A DNA stretch of 64,000 bases from Antedon mediterranea (taxonomy: Eukaryota > Animalia > Echinodermata), in assembly GCF_964355755.1 (NCBI RefSeq), contig NC_092671.1, positions 1,922,001 to 1,986,000 on the forward strand, read 5' to 3'. How positions within the stretch are numbered: the first letter of the stretch is position 1; every line of letters begins with the position of its first letter. Under the pieces are notes generated by a model. It searched no databases, was not told the origin of the DNA, and worked only from the letters and a program-made list of their open reading frames with translations. Shown here in pieces: positions 38,451-48,855 of this stretch. The position numbers and the translations under genes are program-made.

Positions 38451-39117
38451 CTGTACGTGTGAATCCGGTATAACTGTTATGGACAAGATAGGACACTCTT
38501 TGTGTGCATATAATATTTAAAAGGCCTTAAACACAGGAGGAGATATGTAGTGCCTAAAGTACTGTATAGTGTACTGCTTTTCTGTGTTCTTCCATGCACA
38601 TATTGTGTATCTAGATAGGCGTGTTTCTTAATTTTCATTGGATTGTGTAAGGACATATATTTTTACACCATATTGTATTGTAGATAGGCAAATTACCATG
38701 GTATATATGTATATTATTACAGCACAACAGTGGCAACATTTTCCTTAATTTCTCTTAATGTTTTTGTGTTTAAAAAAAAAAATATATAAAAAGAGGAGCA
38801 GTTATATCTGAAATAAACTTCCTGGAGATAAAACAGCACAAATTTAGAGGAAAATGTGATGGTTTGCAGCAGTTTGGTGCTTACCATTGCTTCTTGTACA
38901 CTCTCCCTAGATCAAATTGTCATTCAGCAGGTTTTCATTGGTGCAATATTTAGCAGTGCCTTTTGAAAATTTATTTAAAAGATGTTTTGTTTAAACTACT
39001 ATGTTGATTGATAGATTGCATCCAATCAAATTTCTTTATGTAATTATGTCCATATTTGGGTACTCAGTGGCCATATCAGTGACTATTTGGATAGTATACA
39101 TTACCTTAGTCTTTCAC

Positions 39118-39212
39118 TAATTGGTTGATAGCTGTGATTGGTCCATAGCTGTGATTAGTTCATAGCTGTGATTGGTTGATAGTTGTGATTGGTTGATAGC
39201 TGTGATTGGTTG
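39118..39212. repeat. 17-bp tandem repeat (GATAGCTGTGATTGGTT)
   Basis: About 5.5 units. Confidence 0.85.
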
Positions 39213-40549
39213 GAAGTGGTGCTAGAAAAGTTATCCAGTGGCAATGTATATATTATTAGTTTATCTTGTTCTGTTTGTCACATTTTCTATAATGTCACCT
39301 GTTTATTTAAGTCTTATCTGTTATATTTTAATTCTAAATGCAATGTTGTCTATATATATATACCACCTTAAATAAGAAATGCAATTATTTAAAGTAATTG
39401 AATAATATTACTGTAAATTAGTTTTCAAATATTATATTTGTAAAATTCTGTTACAAAATGTCAAGAAACTGTCCTTAATATTGTAAAATCCTTTTTTTTT
39501 AATCATTGTGCAATTTTTATTTTTATTTCTTTTAAAATATTTAAATAAAACAATCTATTAATAACACTAACCCGAAACATTGTACTCTATATCCTTCTAA
39601 ACCACACTGATGATATTCGGTTGGACCCTTTAGCCATTCAGCAGAACAGTAAACACACATGAAAATTCGGTAGTTAGACCCATTACTTTGCGATGGCTGA
39701 ATGCCGCACGTGTTTATTTATTTATGGCTATGAATTCACTAACTAGGTGGTTGCTTTATTTATTTATTTTCTTTCACATCCAACAGTGATAAATCCGCCA
39801 CTTACAGAATAGTAATGCAAGCAGTGTTGGTAATATAATGTTGTGTATATTCGTGTGATATGAAAATACAAACAGGGTCTAAAGTACTGAGCTCAATTTA
39901 ATGCTTTACATAGTGCACTAACAGAGTTGAGGTAACCAAGTAGTTACAACTATAACACAGAAAGATTCTTGATAAGAACAACTCCAAATCCACTCAGCTG
40001 TAATTGAGTACATGGTTGATATATACTAGGGTGGATAAGGTGATCTAGAAAGGTACTGGCTACTACATAATGCTAAGGCTTAGTAAAAGTAACTCCTTAA
40101 CAGCAAAATAAACATAGGACTACTCGCCTTTAGTGCAGAATATGTGACTTCAGTGTTTGTATAAATGTATATATATATTGTAATCTGAAGATAATAATTA
40201 ACTGTATTCAATATTATTATACAAAAGAAAATCAAACTTGCATTTTAAGCGAGTGTGACATTTTAAGCCAATTGATTTCTAAGTTGGTCCACTTAAGTTA
40301 CCTTAAAGAGTACCTCCGAGTTTAACATTTTTGATGTTTATTTTGAATTTTAAACCTTTGCAACACATATCTCACTTATTTTTTAGTCAGTGGTGAAGCA
40401 GAACAAGCATTGTGTTGCAAGATAAGTGCTATATCATCAATGTTGTACACTGAAATGGTTTTTATTTTAAAATAAACAATAGAAATGTTAAACCTGGACC
40501 TACCCTTTAAGAGAGACAGATTTGTCATAAGGGAATTTATATTTACAGT

Positions 40550-40635
40550 AACTTTAATTCGCACTTTCAAATATGTACTAATTACTTATCTCCTAACAAA
40601 TAATTAGTACATATTTGAAAGTGCGAATTAAAGTT
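40550..40635. repeat. Perfect inverted repeat, 35-bp arms with 16-bp spacer
   Basis: AACTTTAATTCGCACTTTCAAATATGTACTAATTA and its exact reverse complement. Confidence 0.9.
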
Positions 40636-40873
40636 TTAACAGTGGGTAATGTATTCGCAGTATCTTTACTTTAAAGGACCAGTTTCTGTTAAAGGTGTAT
40701 TGTTTGAATGTTAATATAGCAATGTTAATTTATATATTTAGAATATATACAAATATAGTATATATTTTGTATTTGAAGTTGTAGATACATATTTTTTGTC
40801 AAAGTGTATGTGTAAATTGATCGTATATTAATTTGAGATGCATTTTGTATCTGTGTAATAGAATTACAATATA

Positions 40874-41192
40874 CCCTCTATTTGGGCTTTCTCAATTTGA
40901 GTCATACATCTCCGTTTGAGTTCTACTCCATTTGAGTGGTCTTTCCCCATTCGAGTCATACATCTCCGTTTGAGTTCTTCTCCATTTGAGTGGTCTTTCT
41001 CCATTTGAGTCATACATCTCCGTTTGAGTTCTACTCCATTTGAGTGTTCTTTCCCCATTCGAGTCATACATCTCCGTTTGAGTTCTTCTCCATTTGAGTG
41101 GTCTTTCTCCATTTGAGTCATACATCTCTGTTTGAGTTCTACTCCATTTGAGTGGTCTTTTTCCATTTGAGTCATACATCTCCATTCGAGGG
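40874..41192. repeat. 60-bp tandem repeat (120-bp higher order) built from CCATTTGAGT subunits
   Basis: Five units; source of ORFs 40864-41175 and 40892-41206. Confidence 0.92.
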
Positions 41193-41879
41193 GTCAATGT
41201 CATCAACTAACTATGTGGCCTTGTCGTCCAATTACGTGGTTCCCTCAATTTATTGAGTGGTTTCCCTTTAATGGTTTCTCGCCATTCTTTCCTCAAACGT
41301 GATGCTGAAATGTTTTGTGTTGTGAAATAATCTTATTCCCACTTAGACGGTTCCAACTTGGGCGAAACGTAGGCGGGACGCAACTCAGTTGACCGCAAGT
41401 TATTTGTCAAATTACGTGGTTTGGCTGCGTTGCGTCAAAGTGGGAAACAAGTTTGATTAGTCCCACGTATAAGAAGCTAGCTTGTTGTATGTTAATTTTG
41501 TCCTCTCTCTATTATTATTATTAGATCGTCTTGTCGGCTTCTCAAACAGCAACTAACAAACACAAGTTTGTACTGTAATTGTACAAGCTGTTTTCCTGTC
41601 GATGTAACGTTATGATTTGAAATTGGCAATTTGCCGTAACATTACATCGACAGGAAAACAGACTTTAACGGTGTATAACCCAAGAGTATGTAAATCATAG
41701 TATATAATGTATTTATTATAAAAATTTATGTTTATTATTTTTAATGAAATATAAAATTGATATAACGAAATTGTTCAATAAAAACACAATATAAAAATAT
41801 AGGTCAGCTAAAACACTGTATTTGAGAAAAGAAATCCATTGTTCATGTTTTTTATTTGGTTTTTCAGGAATTTAAATTA

Positions 41880-43830
41880 CAGTACAGAAATCACCCAGAA
41901 TGTGACCTTTTTTAAATGCACACATGTGTATGTATATTGCCATAGAATAACCATATGGTGCCATAGGACCACTTCGTGTCAAAAAATACAAATGTCAAAA
42001 TTTGGTCATTTTTCGAGAAAATCCCTGTGCTATAGGGATTTTTTACAAAATCACCCAAAATATGACCTTTTTTAAATTCACTTAATATACACTAATATTG
42101 CTATATGTGCATGTATATTGCCATAGAATAACCAGATGGTGCCATAGGACCACTTTGTTTAAAAAATAAAAATGTCAACATTTTGTCATTTTTCCAGAAA
42201 ATCTATGTGCTATAGTATAGGGATTTTTTTACAAAAATCACCCAAAATATGATCTTTTTAAAATTCACTTAATATGCACTAATATTGCTATATGTGCATG
42301 TATATTGCCATAGAATAACCATATGTTGCCATAGGACCACTTTGTTTAAAAAATAAAAATGTCAAATGTTGTCATTTTTTCGAGAAAATCTATGTGCTAT
42401 AGTACAGGGATTTTATTTCTGGAATATTTAGAATTAAATACCCTGGAGAGATTATGTAAACACCGTAATGATATTATTATTGAATATTCTCCCTCTTAAA
42501 TTAATACTTAAAACTAAATAAAAATACAAGAAACAATGAAATGAAACAATATTTTAAACTTATTTTTAGTTACAAATCTATGTACACACTAAATATATAC
42601 AGAAATGTGGGAAATGTGATTGCTAGCAATGTATATACGGTAGTGTCTGTAGGCCTACAAAAACAATTTAAAAAATGCATTAATTATAATATATCATGTC
42701 TTAAAAGGTGTCTTTATTCTGTATAACATATATTTATATTTTTGTGTCAAAAGTGGTTACTGCAGAATCCATTATTCGACTCTGCGCATGTTTATTATAC
42801 TATAGTAACCATTTATGTCAAAAAATAAAAGGGTCGAAAATCGGCCATTTTTCGAACATTTCCATGTACAGGGATTTTTTCAAAAAAATTTCCAATTTTC
42901 CACTTGTTTATTTTTCGATAAAACTGGTTACTATGGCACAATTGACATGCGCAGAACCCATTATTAGCATCTGCGCATATTTATTATACTATACTGTAGT
43001 AACCATTTATGTCAAAAGTGGTTAATATAGCACAATTGACATGCGCAGAACCCATTATTCGACTCTGCGCATGTTTATTATACTATAGTAACCATTTATG
43101 TAAAAAAATAAAAGGGTCGAAAATCGGCCATTTTTTCAAAAATTTTTCATGTACTTGTACAGGGATTTTTTCAAAAAAAATGGCAAATTTTCGACCTTTT
43201 TATTTTTCGATAAAACTGGTTACTATAGCACAATTGACATGCGCAGAACCCATTATTCGCATCTGCGCATGTTTATTATGCTATAGTAACCATTTATGTC
43301 AGAAGTGGTTACTATAGCACAATAGACATGCGCAGAACCCATTATTCGACTCTGCACATGTTTATTATACTATAGTAACCATTTATGTCAAAAAATAAAA
43401 GGGTCGAAAATCGGTCATTTTTCGAAAATTTCCAGGTACTATAGTACAGGGATTTTTTGGCAAAAAAATGGCCAAATTCGACCTTTTTATTTTTCGATAA
43501 AATTGGTTACTATAGCACAATTTAAATGCGCAGAACCCATTATTCGCATCTGCGCATGTTTATTATACTATAGTAACCATTTATGTCAAAAGTGGTTACT
43601 ATAGCACAATTGACATGCGCAGAACCCATTATTCGACTCTGCGCATGTTTATTATACTATAGTAACCATTTATGTAAAAAAAATAAAAGGGTCGAAAAAA
43701 ATGCCATAGGACCACTTTGTTTAAAAAATAAAAATAACAAAATGTTGTCATTTTCCAGAAAATTCCTGTGCTATAGTACATGGATTTTTTTTTACAAAAT
43801 CCCCTAAAATATGACCTTTTTTAAATTCAC
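41880..43830. repeat. Composite satellite or transposon-derived array: ~180-bp repeats flanking an array of palindromic units
   Basis: AAATCACCCAAAATATGACC units at 41880-42420 and 43700-43830; seven ~88-bp hairpin units at 42745-43675. Confidence 0.85.
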
Positions 43831-44575
43831 CAGTTTTTATTTAATATAGTATTTATTATTATATATTATATAAACTTTATTTATTCACAGTAAAACTCAT
43901 TCAATCAACATTGTTTTTACACAAGTTCGTGATATTTCGTAATAAATGCCTATTAGAGTAGAAATAGGTTCGTAATTAACAACAATCTACGACTTCGATT
44001 TCGCAACAATCTACGACTTATATGACGTCATATGGTATGGAGTTAGACCTACCATTTTCATTTGTAAGTTGACAAAATATAAGTCCAGGTGACAACATGT
44101 GGTTTAAAAAAATCGAAATGGACGATGACTTGTATCAATGACGTAATGCTTAACCTACATAGGAGGCTAAGTCACAGGTCGTCGTCAATCGAAAGCTCAT
44201 TATGGCTTATGTCTCTTATTAATTTAAAAATAATATTTGACCTTTCTTTTCATATTCAGTAAACAGATCGAATTGACTCGTGCTCTAAGACTCCCTTTCG
44301 AATCATTTCCCTTTATTAATCCTTGCTATCATGTCCCACGTGGTTTATTTAAGCACATCAAACATGGTACTGGTAGCCAGTAGTGCGGAACTAGTAATCA
44401 AACTTCCTTGCTTCCACTATATCTCTCTCTCTAGCCTGTGATGCGCTTACTTCCTGATACGCGTACTTCCTGATACGCGTAGTCCGGCTTCCGTGTCTTG
44501 CACAGGATACATCACCACCTCCGTCCGGCGGGTAGCATTCATCATAGACAATTCGTCATCATTTTATATTCTATG

Positions 44576-46207
44576 TCACGTTTTCTTTTCCTTTTTTCTT
44601 TTCTTTGCAAGGTATTTCTGTTCCTCGAGTTCTGCTACTCTTCGCGCGTTTTCTGCAAAACTTAGCGCTTTTACATTTAGTTCGTCCGTTGTGTCTTGTA
44701 ATTTGCCTAGTTTTTCACCTCTTTCATGTACTTTCTAAAAGTAAAATATTGAAACATAATAATTTATAATAAGAGACTGTATTTATTATAAGCTATGTAT
44801 ATAATCATGGTTTTCCTATCTATATTTCTTGTTTGTTTTATACATCGTAAAATGATATAGCATTGTTATATACCAGCATTTATGCTTACACACAAATGTA
44901 AATGTCTTTAACTAAACAATGCGTTGGTATACACTGTTATAGTGTAGACAAACAGTAGGCCGCGCCTGCATAATAGTAGATGGCTACTGTAACAGTAAGC
45001 CTACTAGTACTACCGTGTATTTAATATTCATTTACCTCTAATGCCTCCAACACTACCTTACTCGTGACTTTAGCCTCTAAATCCTTAACTCTGTTCTCAG
45101 CTGAAAACAAAATATAAACAATATATTTTAATAGTTAATATAAGTTAATTTCTATTTCTAAGCGCCTTGTGACCATCTGCTGATTGTTGTGTCATCTGAC
45201 AACATTCACGTTACTATTTTATAGTTTCGTGACAGAGTTATAAGCGTTCGCGCCAATGGGACACGTTGCGTAACGGATGATTAACGGTTGATCAATCGAT
45301 CAATCGATTTATCAATATCTACCTACCTCTCTTTTGTTTCTCATTTTCACGTAACGTTGTGATATCTTGATAGGTCAACTTACTATGTTTCGACTGTTTT
45401 TCTAGATATAATAATAAATTGAAATATAATATTAATATCACAGAATAATAATATTATAGCAATGGGACTGGTTAAAATAATACTTTCAAAAGCAATAGTT
45501 TATAATATGATGTAAATTTCAAGTACTTTAGTGTTAAATAATATTTCATATATCATGATATATATCACAATTCTATAGTTAGCAGGCCTGCCTACGTGCA
45601 TTGTAAGGTTCACTAATTTCCTTCCTAGTTATATAAGTCAATTTCCCAGGTGGTATTGTACCTCTGAGAGAATTGGTACGAACTAATTATTTTCCGACAT
45701 GGTTATAAAACATCTAGTAATGCAACTCACAGATATTCTTTATTGACCGACTCACTAAAATAATGAATAGGCCTATATAATACGATTATGGGGAGGGGTC
45801 GAAAGAATGAGCAGAAAGAATTGGTTTAATATCTTAGTTGATAATAAAAGTGCGAAAAAAAACTTACCGGCTTTGTCGTCTTTCTGCCCCTTTTTATCAG
45901 TTTTAAAATTCTTCTTCAAAAGTTTTTTGAATTTATTCTTACTTTTCTTTCTCTTTGGTTCCGTTTTTTCCTCATTCTCGACTGTTTCGGTATTATCCGA
46001 CTGTGCTGGCGAAGCTGCTTCGACGGCAACGATCGGCGATGATCTACGTTGTTCAACGCACGTCGTTTCAGCTGTAGCTCCGTACGTCATCGGTCGTTCT
46101 TTTCCGATCATAAGCGGGTTTTCATACGTTTCGTCTTCTTTTGTAACACTTTTGCTAGGTTTTTCTATAGTATCCGATTCCGAATCGTTACTACAACAGC
46201 AACCCAT
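44576..46207 (-). CDS. Second N-terminally acylated, transmembrane-less R-SNARE protein, ~212 aa (paralogue of the + strand gene)
   Basis: Exons 45868-46207, 45327-45401, 45036-45100, 44576-44734 (phases 1,1,0). Starts MGCCCS; polybasic segment KRKKSKNKFKKLLKK; ends VVLEALEKVHERGEKLGKLQDTTDELNVKALSFAENARRVAELEEQKYLAKKRKKEKKT*. Confidence 0.82.
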
Positions 46208-48064
46208 AGTGACTGTTCTATTTTATACGTTGTGCTGGTATACAAGTCCTCTGACAGTATAAAACCCTATACGATTAGCTCATACGTTGTAATCATATCC
46301 GGCCCATAGCTTACAAATTATCACGAATTATGGAATATTAATCGGTGAATGGCAATGGTATATTTCCGTTTATTAATCAGTATATATCCCTCCTGTTATA
46401 ACATAATACTCATTTCATAACAATCGCATACCTAACGTAACTCACGTGTTGGTTTTAGGCAGCAGACGTAACAACACAGATTTGTCACAGTTTGTCACAG
46501 TAGGCCTCCTATGTACATTGCTGACTGCACAAAACAACAACAATATTGCCCACAGCAAAATAATATTTTGACACTTAGCACTGATTGTACAACTTGCGTT
46601 CCAATATGACACAAGTTCCTCCCGTGACTTGTATGTTGTAGTACCGTATGGGATATGGCAATAATTCGCTATAACCACTGATAAAACTCTACAAAATACT
46701 CAATTGGTTTCCTTTCGGAGTTGGAACTAGATTGTAGTTGTTAGTTATTGTATTTTGAGCAGCAACCTTTGATTCATTGTTTGCATAAAGCATACGTATT
46801 ATGATTGTATTGTATTCTACGTCTCTCTAAACAGTTCCAGATAGAAGATTATTGACGTCACGTACTATCAGACAGTTTTTGTTTGTTTTTATTTGTTTGT
46901 TTGTTGTTGGCGAACAGGTTTGAAATTTGGTAAAGAGGTTTTTAGGTCTGAGGTCAATGAGCGATTCACGGTTCTCACTAGAGACATAACGCAACGTAGA
47001 CGCGTTGACAATTCACAAGCGATGAAATAATCAAACACGTTATAACTTGTTTTAAGGTTGGTTCGCATCTAGTCCTAGGCCGGCACAACGCTACTTGGAC
47101 GCAGCAATGATGTAGGCACAACCAATGTGAGTTTGGCTTCAACCGGACGCAAGTTTTAAACTTAATTCCTACTAGGACGCAACGCAAGGACGTCAGCCGT
47201 AACGCAAGCAAATTGATCAATCTAAAGCGAAGATTATTCGAACTGTCGCTTGTGATTGGTCAATTCGCCATTGTGGCTAACGGAACAAATAAGATCCAGT
47301 GTCGTGATTGGTTACACTTGTATTGCGTCTACGTTGCGTGTGACAGGAAGGGTGAATCATCGACCAATAACGACGACGGTCGTCAGAACTAATGAGGTTG
47401 TTACAAATTTTCCATTTTCACATTTCCATAAATCTAATTAATTATCAACATTAGTATAAATAACCTACTTCAATTTTAATTAATTATTATTAAATTATTA
47501 TTTTATAAAAATATAGATTTAGCTATTACTTTATTTTATTTCAAATTTATCTAAATTGGAACATTTGTGTTTTTTTAAACAGGATAATTAGAACAATAGT
47601 AAATCATGTCTGTCGCCCTCTATTTTACAAAAGTTTGCTTTCATATTTTTGATTTTTTATTTACTATTGTATGAAATAAAAATGACTATTTAATTGATGT
47701 TTAAATTTTATTCAAATTACCATATACACATACTGTATCTAATATACTGGCGTCATACCAATATGAACAGTTTCTTTCTACTATAGTTCTCATCATCCTA
47801 TTATACAATATATCTATAAATATACGTCAGGCATAGAGGAACTTTAAACCACTCAATACTGGAAATTAACTCACATACTTGCTTATAACCACTGAAATAT
47901 GAGGAAATCCTGAGTAAAAGTTAGGAACTTTATTATTTGTTCATCTAAATTTATTTACACATTTTTCCTGAAACTTGATTACACTAAATTTTATTTCATT
48001 TTTAATCCTAGAACTACTATCCGGACAACTCAGGACAATTGCTCAACTATCCCTAAACATGGGG

Positions 48065-48231
48065 TTAAGCTCGGTCTACACTATCAAATTTTATGTGACA
48101 AAAAAATGTGATGTGCCTATATATGGACATAATGATGTCATATCACTACCAAATTTGGACATATCACTACCATATTTGGGCACATCACATTTTTTTTGTA
48201 AAACTAGTTTGATAGTGTAGACAGAGCTTTA
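48065..48231. mobile_element. MITE family A copy (near full length)
   Basis: Both TIRs present. Confidence 0.85.
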
Positions 48232-48855
48232 GTTATCCTAAATAGGTAATTGTCCAGAAGGTAGTTGTCTGGATACGTCATTGTTATATAACATTTAAAA
48301 CATCAGCATATTTCAGTTTTTATTCACTCAATTGTTTTTTTTTTCCGAATACATTGTGCAATTATTTGTTAAAATTTCATGATGCGGTACTAGATTATGC
48401 TCACCTATCGAGTCAAAAAGTAATTCTGCGCATACTCAGTATTCTTGCATACAGCACACTCTATTGTAATCTTCACTACAATAGAGATAGCAGTAGATAA
48501 TAGTATTAAAATAAATTTCTTTGGTCATAATTACGCTACATAGGGAAAGGGGAGAAATATTCCCAAAGACATTACATAACTACACAGATGTTTGGATTTC
48601 CCAAGAACATTAATAGGGAAGAGAAAATTGTTAAACATACTGTATGTTCAAGACTGTGTGCAAATCAGCAGAGTGTAAAATCCAGATTTAGTGATAAAAT
48701 ATCTTTACAACTAATTGTTGATACATATAAAACAAAACAAAATCCGATTCTAGACAATACAATATAAATATATATAATTTACAATTTTTTATTAATATAT
48801 TTTATATTACACTTTTATTATACCCTGTATTAAATATGCTATTAAAATAGATGGT

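Noticed and set aside
39570-39620. GAAAC...CTGATGA as a permuted hammerhead
   Set aside because: Stems I and III cannot be formed.
40864-41206. Repeat-protein ORFs (MTQMEKDHSNG...)
   Set aside because: 60-bp tandem DNA repeat open in two frames; no splice or promoter context.
42708-43807. Palindromic repeats as CRISPR or attC array, and their ORFs
   Set aside because: The intervening sequences are themselves repeated; no integrase or cas gene; ORFs are repeat translations.
44446-44575. In-frame coding-like stretch after the stop of the minus-strand R-SNARE gene (readthrough)
   Set aside because: A second in-frame stop (TAA) follows four codons after the TGA; no TM-like segment.
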